Positions 51,515 to 64,000 of a stretch of 64,000 nucleotides of DNA are shown in pieces. The position numbers were made by a program, and so were the translations under genes. The notes beneath the pieces were generated by a model, which did not search any database, was not told where the DNA came from, and was given only the letters and a program-made list of their open reading frames with translations. How positions within the stretch are numbered: the first letter of the stretch is position 1; every line of letters starts with the position of its first letter. The stretch is from Octopus vulgaris (lineage: Eukaryota), in assembly GCA_951406725.2 (NCBI GenBank), contig OX597823.1:116746001-116810000 (forward strand). The letters are read 5' to 3'.

Positions 51515-51833
51515 AGATATGTGGCTTACTGGTTAGGGTGTTCGGCTCATGATTGTAAGGTCGTGGGTTCAATTACCTGTGGTGTGTTATGTCCTTGGGC
51601 AAGACACTTTATTTCAAATTGCTCCAGTCCACCCATCTGGAAAAAAATGAGTAGTATTTGTATTTCGAATAACCAACCTTGTCACATTCTGTATCACACT
51701 GAATTTCCCCGAGACCTATGTTAAGGGTACACATGTCTGTGGAGTACTCAGCCACTTGCGAGTTAAATTCACAGACAGGCCATTCTGTTGGTCAGATGAA
51801 CTCGAACCCTTGTCCTAACCAACAGAGTGCTAG
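51515..51833 (+). mobile_element. SINE with family C head and a different tail
   Basis: TGGCTTACTGGTTAGGG..GGTTCAATT..CCTTGGGCAAGACACTT. Confidence 0.7.
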
Positions 51834-52375
51834 TTATATAGAGTATGCTATGCAGGATATGTTGAGTAGTATATATTACTTTGGGTGTGATATATAGAAT
51901 GTATTAAGCAGGATATGTTGTGTAGCATGTGTACTCTAGGATGTGTGACAAAGTGTGTGTGTGTGTGTGTGTGTGTTATTTAACCATTTAGTATTTAAAC
52001 TGACCACACCAGGCCCAAATATCCTATCTGTTTCATGTTCTAACCAGCCAGAGGAAGTGAGCCTATGTCAATGAAAGCCCCTCAGAAACATTATAAAATT
52101 CTATCAGTAGATTTCAACTTTTAATCTGTGGACTTGTCGTCCAACACTGTATGCTCCCATCCATCTCACCTTTGCACCATCTTCATAAACATGGAGTAAA
52201 ACCATGCCAATAACAGCCTCTGCAGAGTTGTTCTACAGGCTAGAAATAACAGCAAACTTTTCTTCATATGACACCTTACCATATTGAATTGTGGAAACAT
52301 GGAATAACGGATTCTTGGTTGGTCACAGTCCAGGGCTTTCATTCAATTGCTGTCCAGTCAACCAAATTCCTATAC

Positions 52376-52608
52376 TCTTACTCTTTACTCTTTTACTTGT
52401 TTCAGTCATTTTACTGTGGCCATACTGGAGCACCACCTTTAGTCAAGCAAATCGACCCCAGGACTTATTCTTTGTAAGCCTAGTACTTATTCTATCGGTC
52501 TCTTTTGCCAAACCGCTAAGTTACGGAGACAAAAACACACCACCATCGGTTGTCAAGTGATGTTGGGGGGGGACAAACACAGACACACAAACATATACAC
52601 ACACACAT

Positions 52609-52658
<50 letters not shown>

Positions 52659-52837
52659 ATGATGATGATACATACATACGACGGGCTTCTTTCAGTTTCC
52701 GTCTACCAAATCCACTCACAAGGCTTTGGTCAGCCCGAGGCTATAGTAGAAGACACTTACCCAAGGTGCCACGCAGTGGGACTGAACCCGGAACCATGTG
52801 GTTGGTAAGCAAGCTACTTACCACACAGCCACTCCTA
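52376..52837 (-). mobile_element. SINE family B, young copy
   Basis: High identity to the other B copies; (GAGTAAAA)n-type tail. Confidence 0.9.
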
Positions 52838-52989
52838 AAATTAACATGGAAGTTATCTTTCCCTGAAAAGAAACCTCTGCTTGATGCCAATATTTGCAAT
52901 TAAATGAACACTTGTTAACTCACAGAAAGACAGAGCAAAAAACAGCTTTTTCTGATGTATTCGAGAGTAAGAGGAGGAATGCATCTTTT

Positions 52990-53362
52990 TCTTGTTTCGG
53001 TCATTAGACTGCAACCATGCTGGGGCACTGCCTTGAAGACTTTTTAGTCATATGAATGGACCCCAGTATTTTATTTTAAGCCTGATACTAATTCTGCCTG
53101 TCTCTTTTGCCAAACCACTAAATTAGGGGGAGGTAAACACCAACAATAGTTGTCGAGTCATAGTGGGGGAAAACAGAGGTTTAAGGGCACACACATTGAT
53201 ATATACGATGGGCTTCTTTCAGTTTTTGCCTACCAAATCCACTCACAAGGTTTTGGTCGGCATGAGGCTATAGTAGAAGACACTTGCCCAAGGTGCCATG
53301 CAGTGGGACTGAACCTGGAACCATGTAGTTGGGAAGCAAGCTTCTTACCACAAGTCATGCCT
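52990..53362 (-). mobile_element. SINE family B, older copy
   Basis: Homology; similar older copy at 8330-8560 and 9065-9225. Confidence 0.8.
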
Positions 53363-55460
53363 ATAGACAAGAATGCTCTAAACACAACTTTCTTGCCAGA
53401 TCAATGTGATGCAATGCAACAAAACTGCACCTTTGAATCACCGGTAGAATCGAAAAAGAAATTAGAAAAGAAGTAACCCCAGGAATATGCTCATTTTACT
53501 CAGAGACTCTGAAAGAACAAAACGTAAAGTTGGCCTTGGCTCTCAGGGTGCAGAGAACAGGAACAAATACCACAAGGCCTTACTATTCTGTCACTTTGCT
53601 ACCTTAAACATTAGATAATGTAGTCCTGGACACAAATTGCCTGAGAAAAAGATAGGATGGTTATGGTTGGAAGGTCTTTCATCATAGGTCTGCTCTTTCA
53701 GAACAGACTTGAGGTTAAAAAAAACCCACAGCATAGAATGGTAAAAATGAAACTCTGCTTCAGTCAAGCTACAAAGTGAAACCTTTCACAATATTGGTAT
53801 TTAATAAACTATAGATACATCTACAATGTACTGGAAAGTTGAGTTCACAAGATCTGGTGTTTTGTTTCAGTATATTAAGTAGATGAGAGACAAATCTCTT
53901 CTTGGAGAGTATATCAGTCCACCCTAAGTAGATCTGGTGAGTCGTAACAGCTATGTTAACTTTATCAAAGATGACATTATACTTATTGTACAATTTGAAC
54001 TCAGGACTTGTTTGATGCCATATTTAATTTACTACGTAGGACCAATAAGGGAATTTGCTAGGAACGACAGCCAAATCATCAAATCACTTTGTATCATCTT
54101 AATAAAAGGAAGGACATATTTCATAATCTAATGCTAGAAACCTATAAAATACAGGATGACCACAACTAGAATGTCTTTGATCATAAGTTTGCACTGTCAG
54201 GAATGACATAACTTGACCTGACCTGACCTGGGGCCAAACAACAACAACCCATGCAGTACACAAGAACCATTGCAATTATGGTAAAGAATGTCTGAAATAT
54301 TAATGAAGCAACAACTGTCCATTGACCTTTATTTTCATGGAATCCTTTGCATGCAGATTCTTGTGTGCATGCATGTGTCTGTGTCTATGTATGTGATGTG
54401 TTATAGAAATCTAAGTGTACTGTAGTTTGTCATGGAATTCACAATATAGTCTGGTCTAAATACATCTTGCTAGAGAGATAGTCAATTTGAAAGAACTTCA
54501 ATTCAGCAACACAAATCTAAGAAACCTTCGTCATTTCTGTAGCGTTTCTGCTGCCTACATAAGTAAGTTATTCTTCCTTCACAGTATTTATTTTAAGCTG
54601 GGTGAATGAGGCCTTTTAAAATTTGATGTCTTCTACAAATGATAGATTACTATACTGATGTTGGGGTAGAACGATTGACCTTCACCTGTCCACCATTCTA
54701 ATGTGTGAAAACATACATACACAAACACATGTACACACTTGCCTAGCAAACTACTTGTAAATGTGACCAAATAATATTTTAACTGAATGAATGAAATATT
54801 GAATGGAGAGAGATATGCATGTAGCTTTCTTAAATTTATAGAAATATTACGGAAAAGGAAGGATGAAGTTGAAAGATGTTTACTGAGTGAAAGCTAAGGT
54901 TTTGTTGGAATCTCTTAAATATCTTTGAATATTTGATGGAAGTCTTTAACAACTTTCTTTAACTTTTAATTTATTAATAAATGGCTTTTAAGAGAAGCAT
55001 TTCCATAAGCTTTCTGATTTGAAGAGAACATTAATATAGAAATTCTAAACAAGGAACTTAAGGTTCATTTTCTCTTTATAAATAAAGCTACCATAATTTT
55101 TATCTCGATGTGTGTGTATGTTCGCATTACACATACACATGTGTGTGTGTCACTCACGCATATATGTTTGTATGTATGTATGTATGTGTGCATTTCAACA
55201 TTTTTTTTTAAAGTTGATTGTGTGTATGTAATGTAATGTGAATGTAGTTGTGTATTTTAAGTAATGTCTTTTAGACAGGAATATAGGTGCACACATACAC
55301 ACACACACACACCAGATACTAAGCTATTGGTTATTAGACATGCACACATACACACAATCATTCAGGTATTCATAAATGTAGCAGAAGATATATCAATAAA
55401 ATATTCTCTGGTCTATTCATACACATGCACACATACACTATAATATACATGCATACACAT

Positions 55461-55477
<17 letters not shown>

Positions 55478-55491
<14 letters not shown>

Positions 55492-55705
55492 ATATATATA
55501 TCAATATATATGTATGTATATATATATATATCAATATATATGTATGTATATATATATATCAATATATATGTATGTATATATATATATCAATATATATGTA
55601 TGTATATATATATATATCAATATATATGTATGTATATATATATATCAATATATATGTATGTATATATATATATCAATATATATGTGTGTATATATATATA
55701 TCAAT
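55478..55705. repeat. Microsatellite-derived 28-30 bp minisatellite TCAATATATATGTATG(TA)n
   Basis: About 7-8 units visible. Confidence 0.9.
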
Positions 55706-56667
55706 GTATATGTCAGTGTATATATATATTAATGTATATATATATATATATCAGTGTGTGTATATATATATATATATACATAGTTGTGTCAACACTTCAG
55801 TAGGGAATAATAGAGCATACAAACTTGAATAGAATATGCATATATTTACTTTTCTTAATGAAACATTGGGCTACATAACATAAAATATAGGAAATTTATA
55901 TATGCATGTTTGTAATCGTGTGTGTGTGTGTGTGTGAGGTACAAGTAGTACAGGTAATGTGATATTGCTTCTCAGAGAATGCATGCACATACACATGCAT
56001 ATATGCGCATACACAGACACATGTACATCAAAGTATAGGTTTTTGAATTGATCATCTTTATGGGGAAAAAAACTTTCATTTTTTAAAATTTCATTTTTAT
56101 ATGTTGTTTTTGCTTTTATGACTTTGCTCCTGCACTGAAAATATTCAATGTCAATTTACATTTAAGACTTGCAATCTTAGTGCCACCATAGTTCCTCTTC
56201 CACAGTGTTTACCAAGGTCTAGCAATACAGGGCTATGGTAGCACCTCCTACACAGTCTCTACCTAGTTTTAACAATAAAGGGCTACAATAGCTCTCTTAT
56301 ATAGTGTGTATTTAACTTTAGGGATCTCTTCCGGAATTAAAAGTTCCTTTTCAGTTTATCAATAACCATCATCATTTTAATATCTTCTTTTCTATGTTTG
56401 CGTTGGTCAAACAGAGTTTATTGCGGCAGATTTCCTACAGCTGGATGCTCTTCCTGTCACCAACCCTCATCTGATTCCAAGCAGGTTCATATTTCCACAT
56501 GGCCACACATATTCTTGCACATTATTAGAAATGAATGGCTCTGCTTGTATTACAGCGGCAATCATTTTACAATAATCATGTGATGTCAAGACAAGAACAC
56601 ACAGCTACACACACATACACACACACACACGCTCAGTTTCCATCTACCAGATCTAGTCACAAGTCTT

Positions 56668-56950
56668 TGGATACCCAAAGTGGGTGGTACTGCCCCTTTG
56701 GAGGCAGTGAAAAGGTGCACGGAAGCATTGAAGAAAAGTGGAGCGATAATAGGGTGGGCAAAAGGGGGCGATGTTTGTAAAAAAAAAACAAAATGGGTTG
56801 ATTAGGTTCAGTTTTATTTGTGAAATACAGTTGCTTTGAATTTGTGGCAGAAAATGGTCTGTGTTTGTAGTAGTGTTTGGGGGGGGATGCGTTAGGAATG
56901 TGGTCTGGGTGCCAGGCAGGGCAGCAGCCTGAAAAAGTTTGAGAATCACT
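56668..56950. mobile_element. hAT-like MITE relic nested in SINE B
   Basis: Ends AAAAGTTTGAGAATCACTG; SINE B sequence on both sides. Confidence 0.55.
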
Positions 56951-57134
56951 GGCCTAGGGCTATATACAAGACATTTGCCCACAGTGCCATCAGTGAGATT
57001 GAACTCAGAACCATGTGGTTGGAAATCAATCTTTTTACCACACAGCCATGTTTGTGCTTATTCCACACCCTGCACCAGGAAGGTATTCAATATGACAAAA
57101 TTTTCAATTAAAATCAATCATAATCCAATATATT

Positions 57135-57537
57135 CTTTCTTAATCTAGCCACAAGGCCCAAAATTTGTGGAGAGGGGGCCAGTCAATTAGATTGACGCCA
57201 ATACGCAACTGGTACTTAATTTATTGACCCCAAAATAATGACAGGCAAAGTCGACCTTTGCGGAATTTGAACTCAGAACGTAAAGACAGATGAAATACCG
57301 CTAAGCATTTCTTTATTGCCCACAAGGGGCTAAACATAGAGGGGACAAACAAGGACAGACAAAGGGATTAAGTCGATTACATCGATCCCAGTGCGTAACT
57401 GGTACTTAAGTTATCGACCCTGAAATGATGAAAGGCAAAGTTGACCTCGGTGGAATTTGAACTCAGAACATAACGGCAGACGTAATACCGCTAAGCGTTT
57501 GGCCCAGTGTGTTAACGTTTCTGCCAGCTCGCCACCC
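57135..57537 (-). mobile_element. SINE family A dimer
   Basis: Two units, junction ~57310. Confidence 0.85.
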
Positions 57538-57799
57538 TCTACCTTATGATATATTGGCACAGATAAGGTCATTGAGTTTAAAAGTCCACTTGACAACCTC
57601 AAGCTTTCCTGATCAATCCCACTGCATGTTGCCTTAGACGGGTGTCTTTTACTATGAACTTATGTTGGCGCATACTTTCTGAGTGGAATTTGGTAGTTAG
57701 AAGAATCTGTGGGAGCTCATCGTGTGTATATAGATAAACACACGCACACGCACACACATACACACACACACACACATGCATGCACATGCATGCATACAT

Positions 57800-58000
57800 C
57801 ATCATCATTGAACATCCATTCTCCATGCTGTCATGGGTTGGATGGTGTGACCAAAGCTGGCAAATTGGCAGGGGCTGCAGTCTGATTTGACTTGGTTTCT
57901 ACAACTGGATGCCTTTCCTAACGCCAACCACTTTACAGTGTGTGTTGAGTGCTTTTAATGTGGCACCACATGGGTGCTTTTAATGTGGCACCAGCACAGA
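57800..58000 (-). mobile_element. RTE-like 3' end
   Basis: (ATC)n..CATGGGTTGGATG..CCTAACGCCAACCAC. Confidence 0.7.
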
Positions 58001-58374
58001 TGTTTTCACATGACGCTGTACAGGCATGTTTGTGTATTGCTGCATGGACACTTTTACATGTTGCAGCACAGGTGCTTCCATGTGTCAGTGCATGTGTGCT
58101 CGCACGGCTGCTTTTATGTGGCACCATTACAATACATGTGACAGACTATTTCCAGTCATCACAATACATGTTGCAGATGAAGCCTCCACATTGGCTCAGA
58201 AATAAGTTAGAGAAAGGACGAGCAATGACCATCCTTTTGCAAGTCTCACTTTCAGAGTGCAAACACTGATGCGACTCTGACGTGAACATCCATTGCAAAA
58301 TGTCTACTTGAAGAATATGTATGAGAAAAGAACTAAAAAGAGCTAAGGGCATACTCTGAATCCTTGAATCCATA

Positions 58375-58519
58375 GGCGTAGGAGTGGCCGTGTGGTAAGT
58401 AGCATGCTTACGAACCACATGGTTCTGGGTTCAGTCCCACTGCGTGGCACCTTGGGCCGACCAAAGCCTTGTGAGTGGATTTGGTAGACGGAAACTGAAA
58501 GAAACCCGTCGTATATATG

Positions 58520-58556
<37 letters not shown>

Positions 58557-58775
58557 GTATATGTATGTGTGTGTATATGTTGTGTATCTGTGTTTGTCCC
58601 CCCAACATCACTTGAGAACCGATGCTGGTGTAACTTAGTAGTTCAGCAAAAGAGACCGATAGAATAAGTACTAGGCTTACAAAGAATAAGTCCTGGGGTC
58701 GATTTGATTCGACTAAAGTTGGTGCTATGGCATGGTCGCAGTCAAATGACTGAAACAAGTAAAAGAGTAAAAAGA
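58375..58775 (+). mobile_element. SINE family B
   Basis: GGCGTAGGAGTGGCCGTGTGG head, GAGTAAAA tail. Confidence 0.9.
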
Positions 58776-59230
58776 CTACCCTACCCATGGAAGCTAAGGA
58801 TTAGGTGGTGGTGATGGTCATCGTTGGGTGGTGTTATGTCAACCTAAGTTTATTGAACACGGTAAAGATACAAGTGATAGAGTGTATTAGCAGTACCAGC
58901 TGATGTAGTTGCATCAGTGTGGACATGTGGTGTAAATAGATGAGATTTGATGAGTGGAGACCTGTCATGTATTGAAATGGGAAGATAATTATGAAAGAGG
59001 AAAGCACAGGAGTAAATGTGATGAGGTCAGAACCGATGGGGCTTGCAAACGATATGAGGGAGGATCAAGAGGAGCAACTGTACATAATTTAATACAGAAC
59101 TGATCAATCCATGACATTATAGTAAGTCAGATATTAAAACAGCAGCAACCAACACTACTACTACTACTAGTAGTAGTAGTAGTAGTAGTAGTAGTAGCAA
59201 TAATAATAAGAACAACAACAACAACAACAA

Positions 59231-59785
59231 TGCCCCGATGCTTACCAGGCGGTGGCTCTCGTGGCTTCTGATCTTAAATGATGGGAAGTGTTATCATGTA
59301 CATTGTTTTGTCTTGGTATAAAAGATGGGCCACAGCAAATATTCTGCTCAATACCACAGATTTGCTTTGTCAGTTGTTTGACCTTAATCAGTTGAGCATG
59401 TCCCTTAGTGGCTGACGATATGTGCATCTCTGATCACAAGCAGAAGTAGTGGGGGAGCATCATAGCCGTGTGTTGAGAAGAATTATTTGGGGTTTGAATA
59501 ATTCACCTCTGGAAACATGGGTGGTTCTTTCAACATCCTTAAACAACCCTTATTTAAGGACCGTTTGAATGGGATTGGCTACTTGACCTGAAGAAAATTC
59601 TAACTGGGCCCCACCTACAAGGTCATGTGCTGTTTATCTTGATATGAGATCACCATTCGTGCACATGTGGTTGTGATGCATGTGCCTGGTGTACCCTTAT
59701 CAGATGGGTAGTCATGATGGTTATACTGGAATTTGTATATTTTACCCCTGTGTCACTTTGATGGCATGCACTGCTCTCTCACTCA
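59231..59785 (+). mobile_element. Repeat family D, full-length copy
   Basis: Reverse complement of 30493-31023; flanked by trinucleotide arrays. Confidence 0.85.
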
Positions 59786-60838
59786 GTAATAATGATGATG
59801 ATGATGATGGTGGTGGTATATCTGTAGGAGTATACAACCAAGTATGAAATAGTCCATCACAATTGCTTTCTTTCTAAACTTGTTTATAGAATATTTTTTC
59901 CTCAACTACCATTCTCTCCATCTCCACTCTCAGAATAGTCGTTTATCATAATAATATTTTATGGTTCATGTTCTACTCCCTCACCTTCTACACATATTTA
60001 TCTCTTGTGACTCTCCTATTGCCATCTTTCTGTCCTTTCTTCTTCTATTTTTACTTATTTTTCTTTATTCCATCTATTTCTTTCTTCTTCTTTTTTTTTG
60101 TTTGTTGGAAAATTTCTCTCACATTCAAAAAAACATTTTTCAAAACCATTTTGGCAATGCTGTCTGCTTTGCTTTCCAAGAACTACAAAAACACTAAGTT
60201 TAACATGAAGATCAATTCGATCAACATTTGACTTCAATTCCATTTCTCTATAATCTGGCTCGACTCTAGGATTAATCTACAGAAAATGCCCATACGTGTT
60301 TATTTATATACTTTTTCATTCGTTTCATTGTTTGTGTATTTCCTCTTCTTATTCTCGAATGCATCACAAAAAGCTATTATTTGCTCTGTCTTTCTGTGAG
60401 TTAACAAGTGTTAATTTAATTGCAAATACTGGCATCAAGCAGAGGTTTCTTTTCAGGGAAACCAGAATTGAAGTCAGTCTTAATATAAATGAGATAAAGT
60501 CGCAGTTGTTGAGATAGCAATGGTTTGGAAAAGAAGCGATGTTCAGTAGCGGTGAAATCTCTTGTTCAGATTATTCACATCCAATGATTTAACATTGTTT
60601 TCTCTGCCAGTTCTTTCTATGTACTGAGGGAAGAAAGAGAGCCGGAGAGAGAGAGAGAGAGAAATGCAGAAAGAGAGAGTAGTAAAAGAGGAGAGAATAA
60701 AATAGTGTTATAAAGAGAAAAGAAATTGGGAGAATGGGAGAGAAAGAGGTAAAAAAAAACGCCAATAGCTACACACTAAAACTGTATGCAGATACACTTC
60801 AGCAATTTCCTGAATTTTTCTGGGATTTTTTAGCAGCA

Positions 60839-60870
<32 letters not shown>

Positions 60871-60905
60871 TAATAATAAAGATGATGATGATGAGGAGGA
60901 TGATG

Positions 60906-60938
<33 letters not shown>

Positions 60939-60979
60939 GTAATAACAACAACAATGATTATAATAATAATAATGATAAA

Positions 60980-61270
60980 TGCCTTGATGCAATATCAAGC
61001 AGTGGCTCTCGTGGCTTCTGATCTGAACTGATTGGAAGTATTTCAATCTACATGTTTTCTCTTGTTATAAATGGTGGACTACAGCAAATACTCTGCTCAA
61101 CACTGCAGATTTGCCTGTTAGCTGCTTGACCTTAACCAGCTGAGCATGTCCCTTAATGGCTGCTGATATGTGCATCACTGACCACAGGCAGGAATAGTGG
61201 GGGGTGGGCAACATAGATGTGTGTTGAGAGGAATTCTTTGGGGTTTGAATAATTCAACCCCGGAAACACA
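60980..61270 (+). mobile_element. Repeat family D, partial older copy
   Basis: Follows (TAA)n; homology to 59231-59520. Confidence 0.75.
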
Positions 61271-62522
61271 GGCAGCACTTTCCTCTCTACCCTCAAGTGA
61301 AACTTGAAAAGGTTAATGAGGGTTTGGCCAAAGAGGAAAGTGTCTGACTTCAGCCCTTTCAACCTGGTCTGCCACACAACCTCTTTCACCTAGACCACCA
61401 GACAAAGAAACACTGCCTGGCCTTCCCGGCACAAGGAAGGCAGTCTTCATGATGGACTCATCTGATAGCTGGACACTTCATACATGCAACAGCAGGTATC
61501 AGTTTCATTGCTTTGTATGTACCTCAGACAAGCCCAGCTGACAGCACTTCCATGCCTGTAGGGTATATCCTGAACCAGCAACGCCCCTCAGTAGCACTGC
61601 CAGGTCAAGGATTTCTGGAAGTTATCCATAGGCCCTGGCCAGAAAGTCCTCCAGAACTGACCAGCTAACTCATTCACATCAACACCCAGAGTGTCCCCAA
61701 GAACCTTGTCGCACTTGCCCAACACTAACCCTCAGTAGAAAGCCTTGGTGGAACTTCCATCAACCACATTGCCTAACTGAAAGAGAACTGTGAGTGCCTG
61801 ACAACACTCTAGGTGCCAGGTGTCCTGCCTCAGTCTGCACTTGACCCATGACCTCAGCTCAGACAAATAGACGAGCTGTAGAAAATCATGTCTGACAAAC
61901 CACAACCACACCTGCTCACCATCAAGGAAGCACTTGAGATGTCACAGCCTCAGTGCATGTCTGTGCATCAGCAACCATAGCATTCCCAGCCTTCCATTCA
62001 GCAGGTGTTGACTGCAAAGGAGTGTGTACCTGGCCAGTGGAACATGTCCCTTCCGCAGAAAGTGGAAGAGTACACTCTCCAGTTTGGTCAGACATAAACT
62101 GAGGCAAGGCATGATGGTAAGACTATAATATATGATGGAGGTAATGTATGCATTTGTCACCTCTGCCCAACTTTTCAAGGATAGCTTTCTCTCGGCCCAT
62201 ATCTGGGTGAGATTGGTCGTTGTCTTTTACAGCTTGGCCGTTCTCTTTTCTGGATGATTGGCTGTTCTTTTCAGTGCATGAACAATTCTCATTCACCATC
62301 TTTTTCTTTAATGAAAAAAAAAGGAGTGTCTTTGCCTAAACAAACACCAAAATAGCCCTTAAGGGCTACAGAGAAGAAGTAACCAGCTCCCCAAGGTTCT
62401 AGTTAGTTTATCTACGTAACGATAACAAATGTACAATGAATAGTAATGTGTAACAATATGAATAACAACAAACTTTCAGAGTGATGTACAACACATGCCA
62501 ATAGACAAACAATAATAATAAT

Positions 62523-62558
<36 letters not shown>

Positions 62559-62819
62559 CCTTTCTACTACAGGCACAAGGCCTGAAATTTTGGGTGAGAT
62601 GGGGCTAGTTGATTGCTTCAAACCCAGTGCTATGAATAGATAGAATTTTCATTGACCTTGAAAGAGTGAAAGACAAAGTCGACCTCTGCATTAAAACTGG
62701 AAGAAATACTGCTAATGATTTTATCCTGTGTGCTGTTCTGCCAGCTTGCTGCCTTAATCTTAAATGGATATGTACTTAGAGTGAGGAGAAATGAAAAAAA
62801 TTATTATTTTGTAGGATGA

Positions 62820-63275
62820 TCGTTGACAGAGTGGCTAACTGGCTTCCATGCCAGTGGCACATAAAAGGCACCATTCGAGTGTGATCGTTATCAGCATCAC
62901 CTTACTGGCACTTGTGTCCATGCTAGTAGGGTGCCAAGAGCACTATCCGAGCATGATCGTTGCCAGAGGGCACCATTCGTGTGTGATCATTACCAGCATT
63001 GCCTTACTGGCACCTGTGCCAGTGGCATGTGTAAAAAGATTCAAGCGAGGTCATTGCCAGTACTGCCTGACTAGCCTCCATGCAGGTGGCATGTAAAAAG
63101 CACCCACTACACTCTCAGAGTGGTTGGCGTTAAGAAGGGCATCCATCTGTAGAAACTCTGCCAAATCAAGATTGGAGCCTGGTGCAGCCATCTCGTTCAC
63201 CAGCCCTCAGTCAAAATCGTCCAACCCATGCTAGCATGGAAAGCAGACGGTAAACGATGATGATGATGAGGATGA
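62820..63275 (+). mobile_element. RTE 3'UTR with GAT tail
   Basis: Homology to 43840-44235. Confidence 0.85.
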
Positions 63276-63474
63276 ATGGTTGCAAGTTTGGAGGATAAAT
63301 ATAAAACTTAAGAGAAAAATTTAGAAGCTAAAACATCCAACCTACATCACCCTGGAACATTGATTATAAACGTCAGTTTTCAATAAATTTCTTTCTAGAA
63401 TGTCATTTTATTTTTGTTGTATGAGTATTTCTTGAAGTTATCTTAATTTTTCATTACTTCTGTGTATTTCACAG

Positions 63475-63677
63475 CAATACGATGTTGAATTCTACATTGA
63501 CATTCATGCCCATTCAACCCTCATGAATGGTTTTATGTATGGCAACACTTTTGAAGATGTAGACCGTCTAGAGAAACAAGCAGTCTTTCCAAAACTACTT
63601 CGTATGAATGCTGAAGATTTCTCCATGTCAAACACAAATTTCAATCGAGATGCGGTGAAAGCTGGTACTGGCAGAAG
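63475..63677 (+). CDS. AGBL4: Internal exon of cytosolic carboxypeptidase 6 (tubulin deglutamylase, M14 family)
   Basis: Pyrimidine-rich ..TTTCACAG acceptor, AG|GTAAGT donor, 203 nt (phase 0 to 2): QYDVEFYIDIHAHSTLMNGFMYGNTFEDVDRLEKQAVFPKLLRMNAEDFSMSNTNFNRDAVKAGTGR, closely matching recalled vertebrate CCP6 EFYIDIHAHSTMMNGFMYGN..FNRDAVKAGTGRR. Confidence 0.93.
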
Positions 63678-64000
63678 GTAAGTGGAATATTTAGAATACA
63701 GTTTTTTTTTCAATAGTTTTTATTTATTTATATATTTTGTTTGTTTTTCTTCATTTTGTCAATAACCTATATTTTTCTGATGCCAAAACCCAATAACAAA
63801 GATTCACTACATAGTTTAATATAAAATTCTGTTCAATAGACAACCTATTGTTACATCAAAGGTTGAAATCCTGGTTTGGGGGCTGATAATCGAATATATT
63901 TAATTATTTGATCATATCAGCATCATCATCAGCATCATTGTCATGGCAATCACAATAATAATAATAATAATAATAATAACAGCAACAACAACAACAACAA

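Noticed and set aside
7265-55832. Many ORFs rich in YI/IY, CV, HT, SL, poly-I/V/T/H
   Set aside because: Translations of (TA)n, (CA)n, (CT)n and trinucleotide microsatellites
63504-63713. 69-aa minus-strand ORF
   Set aside because: Antisense to the real AGBL4 exon on the plus strand

Overview
AT-rich, microsatellite-dense animal genomic DNA. The SINE/LINE families suggest an octopus or other coleoid cephalopod (inference from recalled repeat families, not a database match). Only one host protein-coding exon is recognisable: an internal exon of cytosolic carboxypeptidase 6 (AGBL4/CCP6) at 63475-63677 (+). The preceding ~63 kb therefore looks like one giant intron filled with mobile DNA: HERO-, RTE-, CR1- and R4/Dong-like LINE remnants, Penelope-like fragments and hairpin insertions, several tRNA-derived SINE families, MITEs, Helitron/Helentron elements and a tRNA-Leu-derived copy with a TAT anticodon. 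The most notable item is missing from the ORF track: a decayed RAG1/Transib-like transposase C-terminus (3189-3664, minus) in a ~1.64 kb element with a CACAGGG end and 5-bp GAGTA duplication, splitting a HERO LINE. Most listed ORFs are simple-repeat or SINE artefacts. All alignments were done by eye, and boundaries of decayed elements are approximate.
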